Source: Candidatus Adlerbacteria bacterium
GTDB lineage: Bacteria; Patescibacteriota; Minisyncoccia; Phycocordibacterales; SBAW01
NCBI GenBank assembly: GCA_027451965.1
Contig: DAIDHJ010000001.1
Span: forward strand, 317,276 to 354,798
Reading direction: 5' to 3'
Length of the DNA stretch: 37,523 nucleotides
The notes under the pieces were generated by a model. The model had not been told where the DNA came from, made no database searches, and saw only the letters and a list, made by a program, of their open reading frames with translations. Positions 1-8,519 of the stretch are shown one piece after another. The first letter of the stretch is position 1. Every line of letters starts with the position of its first letter. A program made the position numbers and the translations under genes.

Positions 1-2
1 AA

Positions 3-1388
3 GAAGCGGAAAAGGAAGATGGAGACAAGAAAGCAAAAACGCGTATCAAGGTGATTGAGAAGGAAATTGCCGATCTGAAAGAAAAGACCAGTGATCTTGA
101 ATTGCGCTGGAAGAATGAACGACAAATTCTCCAAGACATAAAAAGTATTAAGAAAGAACTGGAAATACTTCGGCTTGAGGCTGATTCTGTCGAAGCTGCA
201 GTTGATCTTTCTCGTGCAGCAGAAATTCGCTATGGAGAAATTCCTACTCTTGAGAAAGAGCTCGATCAGAAGCAAAAGAAACTCAAGAAGCTGCAAACTT
301 CTCGTCGATTGCTCAAAGAAGAAATTACGGAGAACGATATTGCTGCGGTAGTCTCTACCTGGACCGGTATCCCGGTATCACGCATGCTGGAAGAAGAGGC
401 TGAAAAACTCTCTCGCATTGAATCGGAACTTGAATCGCGTGTCGTGGGACAACATGAGGCAGTGCAAAAAGTAGCCGATGCAGTGAAGCGATCCCGTGCG
501 GGTATTGCTGATCCGAATCGACCAATCGCATCCTTTATGTTCTTGGGACCGACTGGAGTGGGTAAGACGGAACTTACCAAGGCGCTCGCACAATTCATGT
601 TCAACGATGAAAAAGCACTTATTCGCGTTGATATGTCCGAATACATGGAGAAACATTCTGTTTCCAAGATCATCGGAGCGCCTCCGGGATATGTGGGACA
701 TGAAGAAGGAGGAGCACTCACTGAACTGGTGCGGCACCGACCCTATGCAGTGCTTCTCTTTGATGAGATTGAGAAAGCGCATCCGGAGATCTTCAATATT
801 CTCCTGCAGGTGCTTGATAACGGCTATCTTACCGATGCAAAGGGTCGCAAGGTGAACTTCCGCAACACTATCATCATCATGACATCCAATATCGGCGCCC
901 AGTACATCGACAAGATGGAACAGATCGGCTTTGCGATGAACAGCAGTGATGTACAGAATTATCGGCTTGCAAAGGAAAAAGTAGAATCATCCCTGAAAGA
1001 TTACTTCCGTCCGGAATTCCTCAACCGTCTCGATGAGATCATTATTTTCAACATCCTTTCACCGGAGGCAGTCAAAGAGATTGTCGGTATCCAGGTACAG
1101 GAAGTCATTGAACGGCTTGCCGGCAAAAACATCACCCTTACTATTGCTCCTGCGGTGTATGAATATCTCGCCAAAGAAGGATATAACCCGCATTACGGTG
1201 CTCGACCGCTTCGTCGGCTCATTCAAGACAAGATTCTTACCAAGGTAGCGAATTTGATGGTATCGCGCGGTGTGCTCTCAGGCGGCACCGTATTGGTAGA
1301 TATAAAAGGAGACGAATTTACTTTCGACGTAAAGAAAACCGGAAAAGGAAAGACTACTTCTATTCCGCCTGCATTGCAGACGATATAA
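3..1388 (+). CDS. clpB: ATP-dependent chaperone ClpB, C-terminal part (5' end lies outside the window)
   Basis: Frame is open from position 3. Coiled-coil M-domain (RAAEIRYG), NBD2 Walker A GPTGVGKT, DMSEYMEKHSVSKIIGAPPGYVG, Walker B LLFDEIEKAH, FRPEFLNRLD, GARPLRR. Confidence 0.95.
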   Translation, partial: EAEKEDGDKKAKTRIKVIEKEIADLKEKTSDLELRWKNERQILQDIKSIKKELEILRLEADSVEAAVDLSRAAEIRYGEIPTLEKELDQKQKKLKKLQTSRRLLKEEITENDIAAVVSTWTGIPVSRMLEEEAEKLSRIESELESRVVGQHEAVQKVADAVKRSRAGIADPNRPIASFMFLGPTGVGKTELTKALAQFMFNDEKALIRVDMSEYMEKHSVSKIIGAPPGYVGHEEGGALTELVRHRPYAVLLFDEIEKAHPEIFNILLQVLDNGYLTDAKGRKVNFRNTIIIMTSNIGAQYIDKMEQIGFAMNSSDVQNYRLAKEKVESSLKDYFRPEFLNRLDEIIIFNILSPEAVKEIVGIQVQEVIERLAGKNITLTIAPAVYEYLAKEGYNPHYGARPLRRLIQDKILTKVANLMVSRGVLSGGTVLVDIKGDEFTFDVKKTGKGKTTSIPPALQTI

Positions 1389-1394
1389 CGAAAC

Positions 1395-1481
1395 TGGTGC
1401 GCCGGGAGGGATTCGAACCCCCGTAGCCGCAAGGGCGTTTGGTTTACAGCCAAATGCAATTGACCACTCTGCCACCGACGC
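1395..1481 (-). tRNA. tRNA-Tyr(GTA), CCA encoded
   Basis: Reverse complement folds into a cloverleaf: acceptor GCGTCGG/CCGGCGC, anticodon arm TTTGG-CT GTA AA-CCAAA, long variable arm, GGTTCGAATCC, ACCA end. Confidence 0.97.
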
Positions 1482-1546
1482 AACGTTCTATACGATACCG
1501 CACCTGAGGCTTTGGTGCAAAAAATGAGTGTTACAATACGTTCAGT

Positions 1547-2572
1547 ATGAAAAGGAAAAACGTAGGAGCGTATATAGCAAGTACGTTACTCTTCCTTATC
1601 CCTATTGTTGTTGCCGCACAGGGCTTGGTTCCTACGTGTAATGGTATTAATACCAATGGTCAACCCACAAGTGGTGCACTCTATTGCACCCCGTGTGATC
1701 TATATCAACTTGTACAAAATATTATCAATTTTCTTATTCAACTCTCTGTTCCTATTGGAATCCTACTCCTTGCTTATGCTGGAATATTACTTTTTTCTGC
1801 AAATGGAGATCCTTCAAAAATAACTAAAGCAAGGCGCATTTTCAGTTCTGCGGTTATTGGTCTTGGAATTGCTCTTTCTGCGTGGTTGTTAGTGCAGACT
1901 TTTGTTAATATGCTTGTTTCATCAACGTTTAAATCAGGATGGAGTTGGAATAATATATCTCAGTATTGCACTACAGATCGAGGTGGAATAAATACTGATG
2001 TTACAGTCAGTGATTGGCTTAATCAGACTATAGGACAAGGAACACCAGGATCAGTATCTGTGGGACCTAATCCTCCTGGGGGAGGGGGCGGAGATCTATT
2101 TACCGCTATTTGTGCTCAATTACCACAACCACCTACACAAGGACCCACTATTAATAATGCAATATGTATTTCTGCGCATAAATACATATATAACTCCACT
2201 GCGCTGTGTAATTGTCCAGATAGTTATGGCCATCCTGGAGGGGAAGCATGTGCCTATGCAGTAAGTCAAATATTAAATGGGATTTCTAATATTAATACAG
2301 AATCAGTGCCCGCAATGCATCAACTGCTAGGTGGTTCTACTGGTAATGGTGGTGTAGATGGAACATTAGTAAATCAAGCAAATGCTACATGTGGTGATAT
2401 TATTATTTCACAAAATGATGAACATGTAGGCATTTGTCTTGACCCAGGATGTAATCATGTAATCTCTAATTCATCAACAAACTCTACTTTCACTTGGTGT
2501 AGTAATGGGGATTTTGATGGAACTTATGATAAGTTTGGTGGTAATCCAACCATTTATCAGGTAACTCATTAG
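1547..2572 (+). CDS. CPR-type (TrbC/VirB2-like) pilin fused to a C-terminal Cys/His papain-fold (NlpC/P60-CHAP-like) domain
   Basis: Signal peptide, GLVPTC..CTPCDLYQLVQNIINF, then two TM helices joined by SANGDPSKITKARR (CPR pilin pattern). Gly/Pro linker, then ACAYAVSQIL...GDIIIS..HVGIC...VISNSS. Confidence 0.75.
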   Translation: MKRKNVGAYIASTLLFLIPIVVAAQGLVPTCNGINTNGQPTSGALYCTPCDLYQLVQNIINFLIQLSVPIGILLLAYAGILLFSANGDPSKITKARRIFSSAVIGLGIALSAWLLVQTFVNMLVSSTFKSGWSWNNISQYCTTDRGGINTDVTVSDWLNQTIGQGTPGSVSVGPNPPGGGGGDLFTAICAQLPQPPTQGPTINNAICISAHKYIYNSTALCNCPDSYGHPGGEACAYAVSQILNGISNINTESVPAMHQLLGGSTGNGGVDGTLVNQANATCGDIIISQNDEHVGICLDPGCNHVISNSSTNSTFTWCSNGDFDGTYDKFGGNPTIYQVTH

Positions 2573-2575
2573 TAT

Positions 2576-3031
2576 ATGAAAATACTTTCTATTATCGTTG
2601 GAATTATCATTCTCATCTGTATTGTATTGGGTATTTGGTTCTTTATATCCCAAAGACAAACATCACCTTCTTACTTGCAAAATAATCTTGGATCTTCATT
2701 TCCTATTCCTACACAGACTTCGAACAATTCTTCTAGTTCATCACAACAGGCTTCTTCTACACAGGAAGTAACACAAGCATTTTCACAACAAACAAATATT
2801 AGTGATCCTACTCTTACTGCAGGTACTGCAATAGTAGTATTTCCTTATGCCCTCCAACCATGGAGCACCACCAACGGCGGAGGTGCAGCATTGCTACAGT
2901 ATGACTCTGTCAAGGGCTGGGTATTAATATCAGGAGGAGGTGGTGTATGGGATGTTCCTTCGCTTGTCACCACAGGTGTTCCACAGACAATTGCTATACA
3001 ACTTATTACTGCATTAAAACAAGGTAAATAA
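2576..3031 (+). CDS. Membrane-anchored extracytoplasmic protein, paralogue of 3106..3486 (candidate immunity/partner protein)
   Basis: Starts 3 nt after the pilin stop. N-terminal TM, Ser/Gln linker, domain YALQPWSTTNGGGAALLQYD..W...GGGGVWDVPSL. Confidence 0.75.
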   Translation: MKILSIIVGIIILICIVLGIWFFISQRQTSPSYLQNNLGSSFPIPTQTSNNSSSSSQQASSTQEVTQAFSQQTNISDPTLTAGTAIVVFPYALQPWSTTNGGGAALLQYDSVKGWVLISGGGGVWDVPSLVTTGVPQTIAIQLITALKQGK

Positions 3032-3291
3032 TAAACATACTGGTTTACAAAAAAAGAAACCCCTCTTATAAAGAGGGGTTTCTCGCTGTTCTCTATCGAT
3101 CAGCGTTAGTGCTGAGAGCGTGTTCCTGCGATCAGCTTTTCAGCGATGGATTTTGGAACATGGAAGATGATTAATGAAGGAACATCCCATACGCCACCAC
3201 CACCACTTTTGAATACCCATCCTCTGGAGGAATCGTATTGTAGCAATGCTGCACCTCCGCCGTTGGTGGTGCTCCATGGTTGGAGGGCATA
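2846..3291. repeat. Perfect 53-bp inverted repeat (2846-2898 / 3239-3291) inside two convergent paralogues
   Basis: TATGCCCTCCAACCATGGAGCACCACCAACGGCGGAGGTGCAGCATTGCTACA at 2846-2898; exact reverse complement at 3239-3291. Confidence 0.97.
3049..3083. terminator. Intrinsic terminator between the convergent paralogues (stronger U-tract on the - strand)
   Basis: 13-bp stem AGAAACCCCTCTT-ATA-AAGAGGGGTTTCT preceded by an A run. Confidence 0.85.
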
Positions 3292-3486
3292 TCCTCTCCA
3301 ACCATTGGAGGTGTGCTCGCATACGACCGTCGCTCTTGCAACTGTCACAGGGGTTACGTTCAGATTGATTGATGTTTGCCTGAAAAATGCGGCAGCAACT
3401 ACGGCAGCATCTGAGGTACACTTTGCTGATGCGATTATGGGAGTCATCCACAGAGCGATCAGCAGAAGAATAGCGATATTGCGCAT
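3106..3486 (-). CDS. Secreted small protein, paralogue of 2576..3031
   Basis: Strong SD GAAAGGAG, signal peptide ending in ASA, same YALQPWSTTNGGGAALLQYD domain. Confidence 0.8.
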   Translation of the reverse strand: MRNIAILLLIALWMTPIIASAKCTSDAAVVAAAFFRQTSINLNVTPVTVARATVVCEHTSNGWRGYALQPWSTTNGGGAALLQYDSSRGWVFKSGGGGVWDVPSLIIFHVPKSIAEKLIAGTRSQH

Positions 3487-3524
3487 GATGCGCTCCTTTC
3501 ATTACGTTAAAGTTCGTTCAAATA

Positions 3525-3559
3525 GAATTTAATCATATTATAACTTACTTGTCAAGTAA
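3525..3559 (-). promoter_or_regulatory. Sigma70-like promoter with a palindromic -35 box
   Basis: On the - strand TTGACA-18 nt-TAAATT. The -35 sits in the palindrome TTACTTG-A-CAAGTAA; 16 bp are identical to 17745-17760. Confidence 0.6.
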
Positions 3560-3618
3560 CTAGAAAATATGGCTTAGAATTGCGCTATTTGTACAAGTAC
3601 GATATAGTGCTTCTTGTT

Positions 3619-3777
3619 ATGTCACAAGATCGCCTCATTAAACTAGCCTGCGGCAAGTGCAAGCGCATCAACTATTGGTCTTCTAAGAATAAGAAGAAGG
3701 TTGAACGTAAGATTGAGCTTAAAAAGTGGTGCAAATGGTGCCGCGCACAGACCGTGCACAAGGAGGCCAAAAAATAA
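3619..3777 (+). CDS. rpmG: 50S ribosomal protein L33 (zinc-ribbon C+ form)
   Basis: MSQDRLIKLACGKCKRINYWSSKNKKKVERKIELKKWCKWCRAQTVHKEAKK; two CxxC motifs; followed by tRNA-Trp. Confidence 0.95.
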   Translation: MSQDRLIKLACGKCKRINYWSSKNKKKVERKIELKKWCKWCRAQTVHKEAKK

Positions 3778-3793
3778 GGTATACTCGCCTCGA

Positions 3794-3864
3794 GGGCCTA
3801 TAGTTCAATGGTAGAATAGCGGTCTCCAAAACCGTTGATCGAGGTTCGAGTCCTCGTGGGCCCG
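3794..3864 (+). tRNA. tRNA-Trp(CCA), 3' CCA not encoded
   Basis: GGGCCTA/TGGGCCC acceptor, GCGGT-CT CCA AA-ACCGT anticodon arm, GGTTCGAGTCC. Confidence 0.96.
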
Positions 3865-3941
3865 CCCTAATTTTTACCCTATAAAATCTGAACGTTTGGA
3901 TATGGTGATGTCATAGGTATAGTAAGGTGGAAATATTCTGT

Positions 3942-4718
3942 ATGTTACGCAAGGTTCCGCAGATCACAGTGTTTTTCTGGATCGTGAAAGTGATTACCAC
4001 TGCTCTTGGTGAAAGCACTTCCGATTTTCTTGTGTATTCCATCAATCCTTATGTTGCGGTTGCTATTGGCTTTCTTGCATTCGCTGCTGCTCTCGCATTC
4101 CAATTCTGGTGGCCACGATATACAGCATGGGTCTACTGGCTCGCTGTTACTATGGTCGCTATTTTTGGAACAATGGGAGCGGATGTGCTGCATATTGTCA
4201 TTGGTATTCCATACCTTTACACCACAATATTTTTCGCTGTTTCACTCTTTATTATTTTTATTCTCTGGTACGTAGTCGAGAAAACACTTTCTATTCACAG
4301 CATAAATACTTCTCGACGCGAGATATTCTACTGGCTTACAGTATGCGCAACGTTCGCGCTGGGGACTGCATGGGGTGATATGATGGCATTCACACTCCAC
4401 TTAGGGTTTTTCACTGCAGGACTGTTTTTTGCTGCACTCATCGCTCTCGTTGCGGTTCTCCATTATGCAGCGAAAGGCTGGTTCAGCGAACGTCATAAGC
4501 ATCTGTCACGCAATGCGGTGCTTACATTCTGGATCGCGTACATCCTCACACGCCCTCTCGGAGCCTCGTTTGCCGACTGGTTTGGAAAATCGTCCTCGAT
4601 TGGTGGTCTTGGGTGGGGAGATGGAATAGTAAGCTCCATCCTTGCGGTGCTTCTCATAGGTTTTGTTTGGTACCTTACCGTTACTCGTATTGATGTAGAT
4701 CGTTCGCACCTTGAGTGA
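3942..4718 (+). CDS. Multi-pass membrane protein, COG4705/DUF347-repeat family
   Basis: KVPQITVFFWIVKVITTALGESTSD, four internal repeats (GTMGAD, GTAWGD, TRPLGASFADW), EKTLSIHSI. Confidence 0.85.
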   Translation: MLRKVPQITVFFWIVKVITTALGESTSDFLVYSINPYVAVAIGFLAFAAALAFQFWWPRYTAWVYWLAVTMVAIFGTMGADVLHIVIGIPYLYTTIFFAVSLFIIFILWYVVEKTLSIHSINTSRREIFYWLTVCATFALGTAWGDMMAFTLHLGFFTAGLFFAALIALVAVLHYAAKGWFSERHKHLSRNAVLTFWIAYILTRPLGASFADWFGKSSSIGGLGWGDGIVSSILAVLLIGFVWYLTVTRIDVDRSHLE

Positions 4719-4754
4719 CATTCTTGTTCTGGTATATCTTTTTAAATACGCCAA

Positions 4755-4790
4755 GGGGCCGCACTCTAACGCAATGTAGAATGCGGCCCC
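4755..4790. terminator. GC-rich hairpin, possible terminator for a - strand transcript
   Basis: GGGGCCGCA-C-TCTA...TAGA-A-TGCGGCCCC; U-tract is weak. Confidence 0.45.
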
Positions 4791-4988
4791 GGCTCAAATC
4801 ATCAGTATCTGCATATCCTCCTCATTGATTGATTATCACTGTCTATAAGTTGATAATCTGCCCCTGATGAAAGGAACGGTGGCGTGTATCACGCTCCATA
4901 CACCGTTCGTTACTTTGTCACAAGATGCGCTGCCTTGTGCATGCGTTCACTCTACCAACCTCCTTTTGAAAAGTAGATGAAGAAAGCT

Positions 4989-5876
4989 TCAGACGGATAA
5001 AAATTGCTTCGCTTTTGTGAGTGCTTCAGATTTATTTTTTACCCACATAATTTCTTGATTGCGTTTGAACCAGCGCATTTGCCGTTTTGTATATTTGACA
5101 ATTGCACGTTCCAATTCTTCCATGAAGCGCTCACGAGAAAGTTTTTTTTGGAGCAACAGAGCAAGGTATGCATATTCAAGTCCTAATTCTGTCATGCGTT
5201 TGTATGAAAGCCCCTTTGCATGAAGGCGTCTTGCTTCGGAGATCATGCCTTCTTGCACTCGTTTGAGCAAACGATCGTGGATTTTTTTGCGAAGCATGTT
5301 CTCTCCAACGTGTACACCGAGCCAGAGTATCTTATATGTCTGTTTTTTCGAGGGCAGGGGCGTTTTACCGATAGCATAGGCAATCTCCAAAGCACGAATC
5401 AGGCGTCGCTTATGATCCGTTTCTATGGTTTTAGCGCGGCGTGGATCTTTCTTTTTGAGCAATGCATACAATGCGGCAGTACTTTTTTTCTCCAGTCGAG
5501 CTCGCAAGGAAGGATTGGGCGGTACTTCCGGAAAAGATATTCTTCCAAGTAGCGCATCCGCATACAATCCGGTACCGCCAACAATAATAGGAATATGTTT
5601 TCGTGCATGAATGGCATGCAGTATTGGTGTTCCTTTCTTTACATATTCGCTTACCGTAAAGCGGCGTTTGGGAGAAATAACATCAAGCAGATGGTGAGTG
5701 ACACCCTCCATTTCTTTTGGAGTAATTTTCCCGGTTCCAATCGTGAGTTCCTTGTATACCTGACGGGAATCAGCAGAAATAATTTCTCCACGGAGCTTCT
5801 TGGCTAAGTAGACGCCCAATGCGCTTTTTCCCGACGCAGTCGGTCCGACCACGGCGATAACGAACGGTGTTTCCAT
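4989..5876 (-). CDS. miaA: tRNA (adenosine(37)-N6)-dimethylallyltransferase
   Basis: METPFVIAVVGPTASGKS, IISADSRQVY, HHLLD, VGGTGLY, YTKRQMRWF. Start placed at the ATG at 5876 because the longer ORF runs through a tRNA. Confidence 0.95.
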   Translation of the reverse strand: METPFVIAVVGPTASGKSALGVYLAKKLRGEIISADSRQVYKELTIGTGKITPKEMEGVTHHLLDVISPKRRFTVSEYVKKGTPILHAIHARKHIPIIVGGTGLYADALLGRISFPEVPPNPSLRARLEKKSTAALYALLKKKDPRRAKTIETDHKRRLIRALEIAYAIGKTPLPSKKQTYKILWLGVHVGENMLRKKIHDRLLKRVQEGMISEARRLHAKGLSYKRMTELGLEYAYLALLLQKKLSRERFMEELERAIVKYTKRQMRWFKRNQEIMWVKNKSEALTKAKQFLSV

Positions 5877-5959
5877 GGTGCCGGAGGAGGGACTCGAACC
5901 CTCACCCCTTGCGAGACGCGATTTTGAGTCGCGCGCGTCTGCCATTCCGCCACTCCGGC
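5876..5959 (-). tRNA. tRNA-Leu(CAA), CCA encoded
   Basis: GCCGGAG/CTCCGGC acceptor, CGCGA-CT CAA AA-TCGCG, long variable arm, GGTTCGAGTCC, ACCA. Confidence 0.97.
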
Positions 5960-6004
5960 ATTGATACATCACAAATAGTGTGAGTGTTGTGTTAGTATAA
6001 TCGC

Positions 6005-6952
6005 ATGTCCGAGTTTTACAATAACGCTATTTTCTGGGTTGAGGTAGATAAGATAAAACCCAATCCGTTTCAGCCGCGCAAGGAATTTGACGAAGGGAAG
6101 CTGCAAGATCTTGCAAACTCTATCCGGCAGTACGGTGTCCTGCAACCGTTGGTTGTCTCACGGAAAGAAATTCAGAAAGATGATGGTGGATTGGCGGCTG
6201 AGTACGAACTGATCGCAGGAGAGCGGCGTCTGCGCGCCTCTCGGCTTGCAGGTATATCGCAGGTTCCGGTACTCATTCGAGCAGGATTCGATGACGACAA
6301 AACCAAATTAGAACTTGCCATCATTGAAAACTTGCAGCGAGAGGATCTCAATCCTATTGATCGAGCACAAGCATTTTCCCGGCTTACAGAAGAGTTTGGC
6401 TTCAAACACGTCGATATTGCCCAAAAAATAGGGAAGAGCCGGGAGTATGTATCAAATTCGCTACGCCTCCTTACCTTGCCAAAAGAAATGCAAGATGCGC
6501 TGTCTGCTGGCAGTATCAGCGAGGGACATACGCGCCCATTGCTCATGCTTTCCGATCGAGCGGAAGAACAGCAAACGCTGTTTCGTGAAATACTGCTTAA
6601 ACGACTCACGGTACGCGATTCAGAGGCAATCGCGCGTCGTATCGCAACAGACCGCATTCGGAAGAAAGAATATTTGTATGCCCCTGAAATTATCGCCATG
6701 GAAAAGGAATTGACTGAAGCGCTCGGTACGCGAGTTGCGATAGAACCTAAGGAGCGAGGAGGAAAACTCTCCATTGATTTTATGGATGAGGAAGATCTGC
6801 ATACACTGTTCCGTGCGCTCCAGGGGCGGCTTGAGCATGATCTGTCTACACCGCAAGAAGAAGCACCACAAACAGAACTGCTGGATGATCGTTCAAAAGA
6901 GGAAAAAACACTGGATGAAAATACGTTTGATCCAAAATACTTCTCGCTCTAA
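6005..6952 (+). CDS. parB: ParB/Spo0J chromosome partitioning protein
   Basis: IKPNPFQPRK, GVLQPLVV, IAGERRLRA, IENLQREDLNPI, HTH (KIGKSREYVSNSLRLL), SEGHTR. Confidence 0.95.
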   Translation: MSEFYNNAIFWVEVDKIKPNPFQPRKEFDEGKLQDLANSIRQYGVLQPLVVSRKEIQKDDGGLAAEYELIAGERRLRASRLAGISQVPVLIRAGFDDDKTKLELAIIENLQREDLNPIDRAQAFSRLTEEFGFKHVDIAQKIGKSREYVSNSLRLLTLPKEMQDALSAGSISEGHTRPLLMLSDRAEEQQTLFREILLKRLTVRDSEAIARRIATDRIRKKEYLYAPEIIAMEKELTEALGTRVAIEPKERGGKLSIDFMDEEDLHTLFRALQGRLEHDLSTPQEEAPQTELLDDRSKEEKTLDENTFDPKYFSL

Positions 6953-8478
6953 TGTTTAGTTTCTAACGCAAGACGAATATGTCTGCGCGCAAGGGTTGTT
7001 TTAGCAAAATCTAACCACTTCTGCTTTGGAGAGGCTGTTTTTTTTGTAATGATTTCGACGATATCGCCGTTATGGAGCGTGGTACTAAGCGGTACCATTT
7101 TACCGTTTACTTTAGAGGCGAATACATGATTACCTATATCTGAGTGTATAGCATAAGCAAAATCAACTGGACTAGAACTCATAGGTAAATCCACCACATC
7201 ACCCGTTGGGGTAAATACAAAGACGCGATGTGAAAAAATATCTGTTTTCAGTACTGTTTCGAGTTCTGGATCATTTATTTCTTGCGGAAGCTCAGTAAGC
7301 CATGCTGGAGCTGAGCGGGTATCATACCGATTTTTGCGTACAGATGTTGCACTACTCATCCCTCCTTTTATTTCAGGGGTTTGTTTTCTTTTCAACAAAC
7401 TTCTAATCCAATCAAAACTAGATTGTCTACCTTCCTGTCCTTTTTCTTCTGCATCTTTATACTTTACGTGTGCTGCGATACCATACTCAGCCTCCTGGTG
7501 CATTGCTTCTGTACGAATCTGTATTTCTACAATGCCACCATCTCCAGAAAATACCGTTGTATGGAGACTTCGATATCCATTTGGTTTTTTAAAGGCAATA
7601 TAATCTTTTATTTTATTTGGAAGTGGTTGCCATAGTTTATGTACTACACCGAGTACTCGGTAACAGTCTGCTATCGTAGGCACGATAATACGAATCGCGG
7701 CAACATCATGAATATTTTCAATATTATTTTCTTTGCGCTTCAGTTTTTGAGATAGACTCCATAATCCCTTAACGCGGAAATCACTATGAAACGAAGTGAT
7801 GCCGCTATCAGCCAAGCCTCGTTTTAGGGTTTTAAGCATTTTTTGTAATCGTCCCATTGTTTCTTTAGATCGTTCTCCCAGAAGCTTTTTGGTCGTTGCG
7901 TACTCTTCAGGGTAGGCATAGGCAAATGCAAGATCTTCCAATTCTCGACGGACTGTACCAATACCAAGACGGTGGGCGATTGCAGCGTATATCTCGAGTG
8001 TTTCAAGAGCAATACGTTTTCGTTTTTCAGGAGGCACGAACTGTAGTGTCTGCATATTATGCAGACGATCCATAAGTTTAATGATAAGAACGCGCGCATC
8101 CTTGCCGGTTGCCACAAGCAGTTTCCGTAGACTTTCTCTATGCCGTTCCACCCCTCGGTATTTGAGGTGTCCCAACTTCGTCACTCCTTCCACTAAGAAA
8201 CGTATTTCTTTCCCGAATTCCTTTTCGATTGTCTCTGGTTTTACTCCAACATCTTCGATTGCATCATGCAGTAAACCTGCAGCAATCGTCCGGGCGCTCA
8301 TGCCAAGGCTTGCTAGGCCTTTTGCCGTGGCAACAAGGTGTACGAGATACGGTTCTCCTGACAGTCGCTTGTGATCTTTATGTGCCTCTGCGGCAAATGC
8401 ATACGCTTTCTCTATCAGCGTGCTGTCTGCAGCGCTCGGCGCATCCATGAGATTGGTAATCTCCTTGCTATCCGACAT
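6949..8478 (-). CDS. RelA/SpoT-family (p)ppGpp hydrolase/synthetase, short form (HD + synthetase + TGS)
   Basis: R.SGEPY..H, LLHDAIED, DRLHNMQTL, KDYIA..K.NGYRSLHT, EIQIRT, TGS VFVFTPTGD..DFAYAIHSDIG; no C-terminal ACT/RRM. Confidence 0.92.
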   Translation of the reverse strand: MSDSKEITNLMDAPSAADSTLIEKAYAFAAEAHKDHKRLSGEPYLVHLVATAKGLASLGMSARTIAAGLLHDAIEDVGVKPETIEKEFGKEIRFLVEGVTKLGHLKYRGVERHRESLRKLLVATGKDARVLIIKLMDRLHNMQTLQFVPPEKRKRIALETLEIYAAIAHRLGIGTVRRELEDLAFAYAYPEEYATTKKLLGERSKETMGRLQKMLKTLKRGLADSGITSFHSDFRVKGLWSLSQKLKRKENNIENIHDVAAIRIIVPTIADCYRVLGVVHKLWQPLPNKIKDYIAFKKPNGYRSLHTTVFSGDGGIVEIQIRTEAMHQEAEYGIAAHVKYKDAEEKGQEGRQSSFDWIRSLLKRKQTPEIKGGMSSATSVRKNRYDTRSAPAWLTELPQEINDPELETVLKTDIFSHRVFVFTPTGDVVDLPMSSSPVDFAYAIHSDIGNHVFASKVNGKMVPLSTTLHNGDIVEIITKKTASPKQKWLDFAKTTLARRHIRLALETKH

Positions 8479-8519
8479 GCGTCAAGTGTACGACGTTCAT
8501 GCCGGAGCGTCTATCATGG

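Noticed and set aside
2846-3291. Diversity-generating retroelement TR/VR pair
   Set aside because: Differences between the paralogues are mostly synonymous and not adenine-specific, both copies are coding, and there is no reverse transcriptase in the window.
4864-5000. Hammerhead ribozyme (CTGATGA...GAAA)
   Set aside because: Stem II is out of register and stem I cannot pair next to the putative cleavage site.
5877-5972. 32-aa N-terminal extension of MiaA given in the ORF track
   Set aside because: It is a translation through the tRNA-Leu gene; MiaA homology begins at METPFVIAVVGPT.
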